Below, one piece after another: positions 28,096-37,318 of a stretch of DNA of 64,000 nt. Source of the stretch: an uncultured Acidobacteriota bacterium. GTDB lineage: Bacteria; Acidobacteriota; Thermoanaerobaculia; Multivoradales; UBA5704. How positions within the stretch are numbered: position 1 is the stretch's first letter; each line of letters opens with the position of its first letter. The notes beneath the pieces were generated by a model that saw only the letters and a program-made list of their open reading frames with translations, made no database searches and was not told where the DNA came from. The translations under genes were made by a program, and so were the position numbers. The DNA is taken from NCBI GenBank assembly GCA_963700145.1, contig OY969474.1, positions 448,001 through 512,000 of the forward strand. The letters run 5' to 3'.

Positions 28096-28608
28096 GTGGA
28101 TCCGTTCCTTCAGCTCGTTGCTTCACTCCGCGCTTCCGGAGTGCGGTTCGTGATCATCGGGGTGGCGGGCGCGAATTACTACGCCGGCTCCGGTTCGACC
28201 CTCTTCGTCACCCAGGACCGTGATCTCCTGCTTCCTCTCGATCCGGACAACCTCCTGCGCGCTTGGCAGTGCTGCCGCGACTCCGGACTGAACCTGTGGG
28301 GGGATGACGAGCCGCTCGGTGATCCGCTCGACCTCGACTTCGCCCGACGCGTCGTGGAACGCCGGGCCGCTACGCGAGCAACCGACGCCTACGGTCTGGA
28401 GATCGATCTCACCCCTGTGATGGCTGGCTTCACCTTCGAGGAGGTCTGGAGCGAGCGGCGGACTTTCCTGGTCGAGGGAGTCGAGATCCCGGTGGCCCGT
28501 GTCAAGCACATTGTGCAGTCCAAAGCGGCGGCAGGGCGCGACAAGGATCGCCTCTTCCTTGCCACGCACGAGGAACGGCTGCGAGCTCTAATGGACGACG
28601 ATGGCTGA
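28096..28608 (+). CDS. Pol-beta-superfamily nucleotidyltransferase (DUF6036/AbiEii-like)
   Basis: FVIIG..A, TQDRDL, EIDL, K..AGRDKD motifs. Confidence 0.78.
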   Translation: MDPFLQLVASLRASGVRFVIIGVAGANYYAGSGSTLFVTQDRDLLLPLDPDNLLRAWQCCRDSGLNLWGDDEPLGDPLDLDFARRVVERRAATRATDAYGLEIDLTPVMAGFTFEEVWSERRTFLVEGVEIPVARVKHIVQSKAAAGRDKDRLFLATHEERLRALMDDDG

Positions 28609-28661
28609 GTAAGCCGCCGTGGACAGCGTCAGCGAGCTGGCGAAGAGGTAAGGAGCTCGCT

Positions 28662-28901
28662 CTATACGGCGACGCGCACGTGCTCGCGCAGGAACTCGGG
28701 CGCGAAGTCCGCACCGTTCTCCCAGGCCAGGGTGTGGTACGCGAGCGTGAACTGCTTGAACAGCTCGATGTCACGGAGGGGACCGAAGACCGGCCCCTCG
28801 AGCTCGGCGCTCAGGTCTACCTCGCCGCAGGTGCCGTCGTTGAACCGCAGCCAGACCGTGTAGTCGCGAACGTAGTGGGCATCTTCTACGTGCAGGAACA
28901 T
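28662..28901 (-). CDS. DUF2442 family protein
   Basis: Y.VWLRFNDG..GEVDL...L.GPVF.PL.D...F, W.NGADFAPEFL. Confidence 0.85.
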   Translation of the reverse strand: MFLHVEDAHYVRDYTVWLRFNDGTCGEVDLSAELEGPVFGPLRDIELFKQFTLAYHTLAWENGADFAPEFLREHVRVAV

Positions 28902-28963
28902 TCTCTACTCCAGCGACGCGATGGGTCGAGGGAAAGCCTCTGCTGGCGAACTACCGCTGAAGC

Positions 28964-29344
28964 TCAGAGCCGATGCGCTCCGTCCAGCTTCCCAAGGTCG
29001 CGGTCGAACGTGCCGAGCGGCAGGTGGCCCGCTTTGCGGGCGATTTCCAGGACCAAGCAGTCAGAGAATCCCAGCGCCGGCCTCCTCCGATAGTGCGCGA
29101 GCGCCGCTGTGACGGCGTCGGCATCCTGGAGTGTCAGGTCGTTATGATCGAGGAACATCTCGACTGCAGTTCCGATCTCCGCGGTGCCCAGCCCGTAGGT
29201 GGTCGAGAGTACCCAGATCGTTTCCGCGAGCACGAGGTGGGAGACCCAGGCCCCCTTGGCGACGAATTCCTCCGCCGCGGCCATCTGCTTGGCATCGTCG
29301 GCCGTGGCGAGGCGGACCAGGACATTGGTGTCAACGGCGCGCAT
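28964..29344 (-). CDS. vapC: VapC-like PIN domain toxin
   Basis: AVDTNVLVR, VLAE, FSDCL, TFD PIN acidic residues. Confidence 0.9.
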   Translation of the reverse strand: MRAVDTNVLVRLATADDAKQMAAAEEFVAKGAWVSHLVLAETIWVLSTTYGLGTAEIGTAVEMFLDHNDLTLQDADAVTAALAHYRRRPALGFSDCLVLEIARKAGHLPLGTFDRDLGKLDGAHRL

Positions 29345-29594
29345 GCCGCTTCCGCACGTACTGCCGGATTCCCTCCTTGAGCTCTTCGAGGCTCCGCGGC
29401 GGCGGCGGGCCGTCAGGGAACAGGGCCGCGTGGATATCTTCGAAGGTGTAGCGCCCCGACCGGCGCACCACGACCGCGTCCCCCTCTTCATCCCATTCGA
29501 GGACGGAGCCCGGGCCGACTCCGAGCTTGCGGCGGACCTCGGCCGGAACGGATATCTGCCCCTGTGCGGTGAGCTTTGAACGCGCGAGTGCCAT
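29331..29594 (-). CDS. vapB: AbrB/MazE/SpoVT-family antitoxin (VapB)
   Basis: SKLTAQGQISVPAEVRRKLG..PG swapped-hairpin motif; overlaps vapC start. Confidence 0.9.
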   Translation of the reverse strand: MALARSKLTAQGQISVPAEVRRKLGVGPGSVLEWDEEGDAVVVRRSGRYTFEDIHAALFPDGPPPPRSLEELKEGIRQYVRKRHARR

Positions 29595-29602
29595 ACCCTC
29601 TA

Positions 29603-29618
29603 CATTACCACGGTAATG
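29603..29618. promoter_or_regulatory. Putative vapBC autoregulatory operator CATTACC-AC-GGTAATG
   Basis: Perfect 7-bp inverted repeat overlapping a TAATGT -10 box, 7 nt upstream of the vapB ATG. Confidence 0.7.
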
Positions 29619-29657
29619 AAAGAGCCGTCAGGCGTCTAGAACGGCCGCCGCGACGGT

Positions 29658-30188
29658 TCAGCGGCAGTTGCGGCCGTACGTGCGGACGTGCACGTCGAGG
29701 GTGCCGGCGCGGTCTTTTTCCAAGAGCGCTTCGAGGAGCGGGTAGGTGTCGGGGGACTTCTCGGCCTTGAGCGCCTGGTAGGCCCGCAACGTGCCCTGGA
29801 GACCGGCGACTAAGGTCTCGGTCTGGCCGGGGCCCGTGCCGGGGTTCTGGATGAGGTAGGCGGCCCCCGAATAGGCGTGCTGCATCGTCAGGTCGCGGGG
29901 CAGCTCCTTGGTCACCGCCTCCTTGGTCGTGCCGAAGAGGCTCAGGCAGTACTTGACCGTTAGGTCGGGGATCTCGCCGAGCCAGGTGTCCAGCCACTGC
30001 CGGGCCTGCGCCGCTTCCGGGGAGGCGGGCGCGGTCTCGAGGACGCGCACCAGCTCGACCGCCTTGGCGCGCTCTTCAGGGGTGGAGGGACCGCGCTTCG
30101 CCGGGGGTTGCGCCGTCGCCGGCGCCGCGGAAAGGAGGAGGAGTGTAAGGACGGAGGCTAGGAGCGAGAGCTTCGCGGGATGCATCAT
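29658..30188 (-). CDS. Secreted hypothetical protein
   Basis: Sec signal ending APATA-Q; host-like codon usage. Confidence 0.7.
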   Translation of the reverse strand: MMHPAKLSLLASVLTLLLLSAAPATAQPPAKRGPSTPEERAKAVELVRVLETAPASPEAAQARQWLDTWLGEIPDLTVKYCLSLFGTTKEAVTKELPRDLTMQHAYSGAAYLIQNPGTGPGQTETLVAGLQGTLRAYQALKAEKSPDTYPLLEALLEKDRAGTLDVHVRTYGRNCR

Positions 30189-30197
30189 CCCCCAAGC

Positions 30198-31535
30198 CTA
30201 CCATCCGACCCGCGCCACCACGAGCGTCAGGTCGTCCGGCTGCTCGACGTCGCCCTTGAAGTTGGCGACGCTGTTGAGGAGGGCGTCGCGCACCTGGCGG
30301 GCGGAGCCGGCGTTCAGGGCGCGCCGCAGCGACCGCGCCACGCGCTCGGCGCCGTAGTGCTCGCCGTGGCGGTCGAGCACCTCCGGCAGGCCGTCGCTGT
30401 AGAAGAGGAGCAGGTCGCCGGGGGCGAGCCCCACCATCTGCTCGCGCGGCTCCGCGCCCAGCCGCGTGCCGAGCGGCAGACTGCTCGAGCCGAGCTCCGT
30501 CACCTCGCCGGTCGCCGCCGCGCAGTGGAGGGCCGGAGGGTGGCCGGCGCTGGCCACCGTCACCCGGCGCTCGGCGGCGTCCACGATCCCGACCTGCAGC
30601 GTCACCAGCATCCGCTTGGGGCCGGCCTCGCGCACCATGCGGTCGAGCCGCGCCAGGACCGGCAGCGGGGCGCACAGCTCCTCGCGCAGCATGTAGAGGC
30701 AGCTGCGCACGCCGTAGAGCATGAGACCGCTCGCCACCCCGTGCCCGGCGACGTCGCCGACGACGATCGCCAGGCAATCGCCGTCGAGCTTGAAGAAGTC
30801 GAAGTAATCGCCGCCCACCTCCTTGGCCGGCAGCGAGACGCTCGCCAGGTCGAGCCACGGCAGCTCGGGCGCGCTGCGCGGCAGGATCGAAAGCTGGATC
30901 TTGCGCGCGTCGTCGATCTCGCCGCGCAGCCGCGAGCGCTCGCGCTCGCGCAGCGACAGCATGCGCCAGGCCTCGAGGAAGCGGCGGCGGCGGGAGCGGG
31001 TGACCGCGACGGCGATCGCCGCGCTGAGCAGGTTGGCGACGGCCACCCCCGCCATCGCCTGCAGGCTCACCGCCTCGGTCCACAGGAGGCCCAGACCGAG
31101 CGGGCTGGTGACCGCGGCGCAGACGAAGAAGAGGAAGCCCAGGAGGACGTGCTCCTTGGGGCGCAGGCGGAAGCCGATCGCCAGCAGCGGGAAGGCCAGG
31201 GCGCTGATGAAGAGGGTGTTGGCCGGCCCCTCCAGGTAGAGCGACAGCGCCAGGCACTGGAAGGCGACGAACGGGATCATCAGCGAGCGGAAGTTGCTCT
31301 CGACGAAGCGCGTGTTGCGGGCCAGGAAGAGGGCGCTGATGAGGACCAGGTTGACCAGCGACATGCCGGTCGCCAGGTCGCGCTCCTCGTAGAACTCGAC
31401 CGTCCCCGCCGCCGCGAACGGCGCGAAGACCAGGAGGAGCCAGCGCAGGTAGACCCAGTTGCGGCCGTCGAAGTGCTTCTGGAGCGCCTGCTCCTGCGGC
31501 AGCAGGATCAGCTCGTCCAGGGTGAAGGGGCGCAT
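30198..31535 (-). CDS. Membrane-anchored PP2C/SpoIIE (RsbU-like) phosphatase
   Basis: N-terminal TM helices; VGGDYFD, GDVAGHG, SAGHPP, YSDGLPE, DDLT. Confidence 0.9.
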   Translation of the reverse strand: MRPFTLDELILLPQEQALQKHFDGRNWVYLRWLLLVFAPFAAAGTVEFYEERDLATGMSLVNLVLISALFLARNTRFVESNFRSLMIPFVAFQCLALSLYLEGPANTLFISALAFPLLAIGFRLRPKEHVLLGFLFFVCAAVTSPLGLGLLWTEAVSLQAMAGVAVANLLSAAIAVAVTRSRRRRFLEAWRMLSLRERERSRLRGEIDDARKIQLSILPRSAPELPWLDLASVSLPAKEVGGDYFDFFKLDGDCLAIVVGDVAGHGVASGLMLYGVRSCLYMLREELCAPLPVLARLDRMVREAGPKRMLVTLQVGIVDAAERRVTVASAGHPPALHCAAATGEVTELGSSSLPLGTRLGAEPREQMVGLAPGDLLLFYSDGLPEVLDRHGEHYGAERVARSLRRALNAGSARQVRDALLNSVANFKGDVEQPDDLTLVVARVGW

Positions 31536-31608
31536 GGGGGGGTCGGCGGCAGGCGGAGCGGGCGGAGTCTACCGGAAGCCGCCGCGGCGGATTAGGATGC
31601 CGCCGCTC

Positions 31609-33168
31609 ATGCGCTGGTTCGTGCGCGGCGACATCGACGGCTTCTTCGGCCTGGCGCTCGACAATCTCGTCCAGCTCCTGCTGATCGACACTCTCTGCCG
31701 CGTCGTCCTCGGCTTCCCCGACGCGCTGATCTACGGCCGCGTGCTGCCGGGGGCGGCGGTCTCGCTCCTGGTCGGCAACCTCTTCTACGCCTGGCAGGCG
31801 GTGCGGCTGGGGCGCGCCGCCGGGCGCGCTGACGTCTGCGCGCTGCCCTACGGCATCAACACGGTCTCGCTCTTCGCCTACGTCCTGCTGGTCATGCTGC
31901 CGGCGCGGCTCGCCGCCGAGGCCGCCGGCGCCGCCGACCCGGCGCGCGTCGCCTGGCAGGCGGGGCTGGTGGCCTGCCTGGGCTCGGGGCTAATCGAGCT
32001 CTTCGGCGCCCTCGTCGCCGAGCGCATCCGCCGCGCCACGCCGCGGGCGGCGCTGCTCTCGACCCTCGCCGGCATCGCGATGACCTTCATCTCGCTCGGC
32101 TTCCTCTTCCGCACCTACGCCCGCCCGCTCGTCGGGCTGACGACGCTGGCGGTCATCCTCCTGGTCTACTTCGGGCGGGTGCGCTTTCGCGGTGGGATTC
32201 CCGGCGGGCTGGTGGCGGTGGCGCTGGGGACGCTTTTGGCGTGGCTCACCGGCGCCGCGCCCGGCGGGCCGCTGCCGGCGACGGGCGCGCGTCTCTTCCT
32301 GCCCATCCCGGTCGTCGGCGAGCTGTGGGAGGCGCTCACGGCCGGCCACGCGCTGACCTATCTCTCGGTCATCCTGCCGATGGGGCTCTTCAACGTGCTG
32401 GGGTCGCTGCAGAACATCGAGTCGGCGGAGGCGGCCGGAGACAGCTACGCGACGCGGCCGTCGCTCGCCGTCAACGGCGTCGGCACGATTGCCGCCGCGC
32501 TCTTCGGCTCGTGCTTCCCGACGACGATCTACATCGGCCACCCCGGGTGGAAGGCGCTCGGCGCCCGCGCCGGCTACTCGGTGCTCAACGCGGCGTTTTT
32601 CACCGTCGTGCTGCTCTCGGGGACGCTGGCGCACATCGCCTGGGCGGTACCGGTGGACGCCGGGATGGCGATCGTGCTCTGGATCGGCATGGTGATCACC
32701 GCCCAGGCCTTCCAGGCGACGCCGCGCGAGCACGCGCCGGCGGTGGTGATGGGCTTGCTGCCGGGGGTGGCGGCGTGGGGGGCGCTGATGCTCAAGAACG
32801 GGCTGCGCGCGGCGGGCGTCGGCGCGCCCGGAGGGCCGGAGTTCACGCCGGCGCTCCTCGACGCCTTCCTACGCACCGACACCTGGGCACACGGGGCATT
32901 CGCACTGGAGCAGGGGTTCATCCTGACGGCGATGCTGATGTCCGCCGCGACCGTCTGCGTGATCGAGCGCCGCTTCCACACCGCCGCCCTCTGGTGCGCC
33001 GCGGCGGCGGTCTTGGCCACGACCGGCTTGCTGCACGCCTACCGCTGGACCCCGGGCGACACCGCTGTCGCATTGGCCCCGGCTTGGCCGTGGGCTGCGG
33101 GGTATGCGGCGATGGCGGTGGTGTTTTTCTTGGCGCGCTGGCTCACCGAGCCCGGAGAGGGGCACTAA
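31609..33168 (+). CDS. NCS2/AzgA-like permease
   Basis: [41 protein letters not shown]; many TM helices. Confidence 0.85.
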   Translation: MRWFVRGDIDGFFGLALDNLVQLLLIDTLCRVVLGFPDALIYGRVLPGAAVSLLVGNLFYAWQAVRLGRAAGRADVCALPYGINTVSLFAYVLLVMLPARLAAEAAGAADPARVAWQAGLVACLGSGLIELFGALVAERIRRATPRAALLSTLAGIAMTFISLGFLFRTYARPLVGLTTLAVILLVYFGRVRFRGGIPGGLVAVALGTLLAWLTGAAPGGPLPATGARLFLPIPVVGELWEALTAGHALTYLSVILPMGLFNVLGSLQNIESAEAAGDSYATRPSLAVNGVGTIAAALFGSCFPTTIYIGHPGWKALGARAGYSVLNAAFFTVVLLSGTLAHIAWAVPVDAGMAIVLWIGMVITAQAFQATPREHAPAVVMGLLPGVAAWGALMLKNGLRAAGVGAPGGPEFTPALLDAFLRTDTWAHGAFALEQGFILTAMLMSAATVCVIERRFHTAALWCAAAAVLATTGLLHAYRWTPGDTAVALAPAWPWAAGYAAMAVVFFLARWLTEPGEGH

Positions 33169-33174
33169 CTTCTG

Positions 33175-33771
33175 CTTGCTGCGGACGTTCCGGTGTGGGG
33201 TCCCGCAGGCTCTCCTCCGCGCCGGGCGCTCCTTTGTGTCCGCGCTTCGCGTGCTGGTACAGGGGTGGGTTGCCGGCAAACACGGCGGTGGCTTCGGTGC
33301 CTCGCACGGTGGACTGCGAGGGGGGCGGACGGAGCGCCCGGCGCTCCAGAGATCCTGCGGGCCCTAGAACCGGTGGTGGAGCCACTGCAATGTGGGTGGC
33401 CATCCCGAGCGCCCTCCTTGTCATCCCGAGCGTGAGCGAGGGATCTGGGGGTAGGGTGGCGCGAAGATTCACCAGCATCGCGCCGCCCCCCACCCAGATC
33501 CTTCGCTCTCGCTCAGGATGACAAGGAGGGGGGGTTGCCCCTGTTTTTGCCGGACGTCACTTCAGAGTGTCGAGTCATGGCGCCGCGTGATGTGCCGGGC
33601 CAGAGGCCCGCGAAAGCGTCGCGTTCGGGTGAAGTCACCACCAACGTCCGCGAACGGAGCCGACCTGGCTCTGTCGCCGCTACCGGTCCTGATCTGGAAC
33701 CGCGAAGCGGCGCGACTCTTTCACGGGCCGGGTGGCCCGGCATCTCACGCGGCACTATCCGCCCCGCGCGG
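33175..33771 (+). repeat. Composite hairpin element (modules A + REP + C), copy 1
   Basis: Colinear, similar inverted copy at 52139-52691; three nested long inverted repeats; REP core at 33412-33530. Confidence 0.85.
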
Positions 33772-33846
33772 GTAACGGTGGGCGGGGTAGACGCCCGAGC
33801 GAGAAGGGGCGTAGACCTTACAACTTACGACTTCTCGGAGATCCGC

Positions 33847-34410
33847 ATGACCGCGATCCGCCGTCTCCTCTCCTTCGCCTTCGCTGCCCTCCTCGCCGCC
33901 GCCGCGCCGGCGCTCGGCGCCCAGCCGGCGCCGCCCCAGCCGCTCATCCGGCTCCATCTCATCGACAGCGGGTGTGACTTTTTCGTCGTCGGCTTCGGCG
34001 CCGACTACTGCAGCCGCTCGATCTTCCTGGAGCGCGACATCACGGTCTTCCGCGACGCCAAAGGGCTCGCGCTCCTCACCAACCAGGAGAGCATCAACGA
34101 CGGGCCCGGACCGTTGGCAGCGGGGCCGGCTACGGCCGAGGTGCGGCGAGGGACCATCCCGCCGGGACGCATGGCGGCCCTGCACGCCGCCCTCGCCGCC
34201 GTCAAGATCGGGACCCAGCGCGGCGGCTGCAACCCGCGCCCCTTCCAACAGCGCTTCGTGTTCCACTACGAGCTCGTCTGGTACGGACAGAACTTCCGGC
34301 ACAACGTCTTCTCGCTCTCGTCGCAGGGCCCCGGGATCTGTTCGTCCGAGATGCGCGGCCTCCTCCAGACCCTCGCCGAGATCGGCGTCTCTCTCCCGCT
34401 AGCGCCCTGA
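33847..34410 (+). CDS. Secreted hypothetical protein with four Cys
   Basis: GGAG RBS, ATG 33847, signal ending ALGA-Q. Confidence 0.65.
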   Translation: MTAIRRLLSFAFAALLAAAAPALGAQPAPPQPLIRLHLIDSGCDFFVVGFGADYCSRSIFLERDITVFRDAKGLALLTNQESINDGPGPLAAGPATAEVRRGTIPPGRMAALHAALAAVKIGTQRGGCNPRPFQQRFVFHYELVWYGQNFRHNVFSLSSQGPGICSSEMRGLLQTLAEIGVSLPLAP

Positions 34411-34416
34411 TCGCCG

Positions 34417-35367
34417 TCAACCAGCGAGCGCCGCGGCGATCTCGACGGCGTTGACCGCGCCGCCTCGCGTCAGGTTGTCCATCACCGCCCAGAGCCAGTA
34501 GCCGCCGGCGCCGCCGGTCTCCTTGCGCACGGCGCCGACCACCACCTTGTCGCTGCCCGGGACCTCGATCGGCCCCAGGTGCTTGGGGTCGTCGGCGAGC
34601 TCGAGCTGCGGGTGCTCGGCAAGCGCGCGGCGGATCGCCTTCGGGCCGGGGTCGGCGGCGCAGCGCAGGTAGAGGCTGGCCGCGAAAGAGTGGAAGACCC
34701 CGCCCTGCACGACGTTGAGCGACACCACGGGCTCGCCGCGCAGCACGGCCGCGAGCTCGGCGGCGATCGGCTCGAGCGGCCCGGGGTGGGGGAGGAGGTT
34801 GAAGGCCAGCTGGTGGCCGAAGATCGGCGTCGGGCGCCGCGCGGTCATCGTCACGATCTGCCGCGTCTGCTCGAACACCTCCTCGAGCCCCGGCTGCCCC
34901 TGCATCGAGGCCGGCTGGACCAGGGTCGCCACCGCCTCCTCGACGCCGACCGCGCGCAGCGGCCAGAGGACGTGCGCGAGGAGGATCACCGCCGGGTGCG
35001 GCGAAAGCACGACGGCGCCGCGCTCGGCGGCCGCCGTGTTGACCCCGGCGACGACCGGGACGCCGTCCTCGGCGGCGGCGTCGAGCGAGAGGACGATGGC
35101 GGTGACGCCGGCGGGGCGGTCGGCCAGGAGCCGCCGAGTGGCCGCCGCCGGGCCGCAGAAGAACGCCACGTCGATGCCGTCGAGGGCCTCCGCGTCCCAG
35201 GCCTGGACGAGCGCCGGCTCGCCGGCCGCTTCGGTGAGCGCGCCGATCTCCTCGCGGTCGTCGGAGAGGAGGCGGACCTCGACGGCGGTCAGCTCCGGGC
35301 GGGCCGCGAGCGTCTCGCGCAGCTCCTTGCCGAGGAGGCCGGTGGGGTGGACGATGGCGCAGCGCAT
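34417..35367 (-). CDS. Aspartate-semialdehyde dehydrogenase-like (Asd/USG) protein
   Basis: Asd fold motifs (V..GVN, Q.AS..G..G, AFNLLP, W.V.DNL.RG.A.NAV); catalytic NPNC replaced by SPHP. Confidence 0.75.
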   Translation of the reverse strand: MRCAIVHPTGLLGKELRETLAARPELTAVEVRLLSDDREEIGALTEAAGEPALVQAWDAEALDGIDVAFFCGPAAATRRLLADRPAGVTAIVLSLDAAAEDGVPVVAGVNTAAAERGAVVLSPHPAVILLAHVLWPLRAVGVEEAVATLVQPASMQGQPGLEEVFEQTRQIVTMTARRPTPIFGHQLAFNLLPHPGPLEPIAAELAAVLRGEPVVSLNVVQGGVFHSFAASLYLRCAADPGPKAIRRALAEHPQLELADDPKHLGPIEVPGSDKVVVGAVRKETGGAGGYWLWAVMDNLTRGGAVNAVEIAAALAG

Positions 35368-36203
35368 CAGGGCTCGGGGGGCGGCGGCAGGGCCGGCGCC
35401 TCGGCCGCTTCGGCCGGCGCGAAGGCCGGCGGCGCCGGACGGCGGCGGAGCTTGCCGGCGAGGTAGGCGAGCGGCCCGGAGAGGGTGTAGAGCACCGACA
35501 GGACCAGGAAGGTGGCCGGCGGATGGAGCGCCAGCACCAGCACCACCGCGGCCACCGGCAGGAGCACGCGGTAGCTCCAGCGGCGGCGCGGGTCGAGCTG
35601 CTTCGGGCTGCGGTAGCGGATCGTCGACACCATGAGCCCGCCGACGAGGACCAGCGCCGCGAGCATCAGCGCCTCGATCCAGGGGCGCCACTCCGGATCG
35701 GGAGCGAAGAAGAGGATCGAGCAGATCGCCCCCGCCGCGGCCGGCGTCGGCAGGCCGACGAACCAGCGCGCGTCGACGATCTTCTTCTGCACGTTGAAGC
35801 GGGCGAGGCGGGTGGCCGTGCAGACGAGGAAGAAGAGCGGGGCCAGCCACCCGACGCGCTGCCACTCGCCGTCGCCGGCGAAGCCCCAGAGGTAGGCGAG
35901 GAGGGCGGGGGTGGCGCCGAAGGTGACGACGTCGGCGAGGGAGTCGTACTCCTTGCCGAACTCGCTCTCGGTATTGGTGAGGCGAGCGATCCAGCCGTCC
36001 AGGCTGTCGAGCACGGCAGCGGTGAAGACCAGGAGCGCGGCGCGGGTGAAGTCGCCGCGCAGGCCCGTCACCACGGCGTAGAAGCCGAGCAGCATGTTGC
36101 CGATCGTGAACAGGCTCGGGAGGAGATAAGCGCCGCGGCGGGGCACGCGGCGCAGCCGGCGCGTCGGGCGGCGGTCGGGCGGCTCGCGGTCGGCGGCGAT
36201 CAT
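35367..36203 (-). CDS. pssA: CDP-diacylglycerol--serine O-phosphatidyltransferase
   Basis: D.LDG..AR..N..S.FG.E.DSLAD..TFG..PA, RLARFN, GLPTPA. Confidence 0.9.
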   Translation of the reverse strand: MIAADREPPDRRPTRRLRRVPRRGAYLLPSLFTIGNMLLGFYAVVTGLRGDFTRAALLVFTAAVLDSLDGWIARLTNTESEFGKEYDSLADVVTFGATPALLAYLWGFAGDGEWQRVGWLAPLFFLVCTATRLARFNVQKKIVDARWFVGLPTPAAAGAICSILFFAPDPEWRPWIEALMLAALVLVGGLMVSTIRYRSPKQLDPRRRWSYRVLLPVAAVVLVLALHPPATFLVLSVLYTLSGPLAYLAGKLRRRPAPPAFAPAEAAEAPALPPPPEP

Positions 36204-36844
36204 CCGCCCGCGCCCCCGGGCGGCTCGGCCATCGCCGTCTCGCCGTTGCGCACCCGGTCCCCCTTGGCCACCAGCACGCGGTAGCCCTCGGGCACCAGCA
36301 GGTCCACCCGCGAGCCGAACTTGATGAGCCCCATCGACTGGCCGCGCTCCACGCGCTCACCCTCCTTCAAATAACAGACCACCCGCCGCGCCAGGAGGCC
36401 GGCGATCTGCCGGACGCCGACCAGGTCGCCGTTCGGCCGCCGGATGACGGTCAGGTGGCGCTGGTTGATCCGGTCGACGTCGCGCTTGAAGGCCGCCACC
36501 TTGCGCCCGGCGGTGTAGCGCGAGACGACGATCTCGCCGGACACCGGTGTGCGCTGGGTGTGGACGTCGAAGACCGAGAGGAAGGTGACGACGCGGTGGT
36601 AGGTGCCGGGGCCGACCTCGGGGTCCTCGACGCGGTCGACGAGGGTGACGAGGCCGTCGGCCGGCGCGAGCACCGTCTCGGGCGGTCCGCCGAAGCGGCG
36701 CGCGGGGTCGCGGAAGAAGAGCAGGACGAGGAGGCCGGCGACGAGCGCCGCGATGGCCCAGCCGGGGCGGCGGAGGAGGGCGAGCGCCCCCGCCAGCAGC
36801 AGGAAGGGGAGGACGAAGGGGAGAGACTCGCGGGCGAAGCGCAA
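36200..36844 (-). CDS. psd: Phosphatidylserine decarboxylase proenzyme
   Basis: FFRDP, APADG, FLSVFDVH..R.P, QIAG..ARR, IKFGSRVD cleavage motif. Confidence 0.92.
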   Translation of the reverse strand: MRFARESLPFVLPFLLLAGALALLRRPGWAIAALVAGLLVLLFFRDPARRFGGPPETVLAPADGLVTLVDRVEDPEVGPGTYHRVVTFLSVFDVHTQRTPVSGEIVVSRYTAGRKVAAFKRDVDRINQRHLTVIRRPNGDLVGVRQIAGLLARRVVCYLKEGERVERGQSMGLIKFGSRVDLLVPEGYRVLVAKGDRVRNGETAMAEPPGGAGG

Positions 36845-36847
36845 CGG

Positions 36848-37081
36848 CTAGGCCGAGACGCGCGACTCGCGGTGGCTGCGCACGATGCTCTCCATCCGGT
36901 CCTTGAGGGTCAGCTTGTGCAGCTTGATCCGCTTCTCCTCGATCTCGTCGTCCTGGGAGAGCATCGACTTGTGGTTGATCTCGGCGAGCCGCCGCTCGTA
37001 CTCCTGGTGCTCCTCGTACAAGCGGCGGAATTCCTCGTCCGTCTGCAGCAGCTCCTCGCGCACGTCGTCGCGGCTCGACAT
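36848..37081 (-). CDS. DUF465/YdcH-like small coiled-coil protein
   Basis: EFRRL.EEH..Y...L, KRIKL.KL.LKDRM; GGAGG RBS. Confidence 0.8.
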   Translation of the reverse strand: MSSRDDVREELLQTDEEFRRLYEEHQEYERRLAEINHKSMLSQDDEIEEKRIKLHKLTLKDRMESIVRSHRESRVSA

Positions 37082-37318
37082 CGTCGGCGGCCTCCTCGTC
37101 TTGGTTGGGGCGCCCGGGCCGGGCGCCGGGATGGGTGAAGGATTTGGGCGGGTGCCCGGATCACCGGCGCACCGGCCTGCGCTCACAGCCGCAGGAGCGG
37201 GCCGTGGCGCGAAGCGTGGAGGGCGGGTTCAGCATGCCTCGGGTCGCCGGCAGGATAGCACCGGGGACCGGGAGGAGCAACGAACGGCGGGCCCGCGATC
37301 GCCTGCCTGTCCTCGGAT

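Noticed and set aside
33104-33846. ORFs across the composite repeat, and likewise at 52245-52843
   Set aside because: Translations such as VIPSVSEGS and HPERSEGS are repeat-derived and recur at each repeat; no RBS or codon-bias support.
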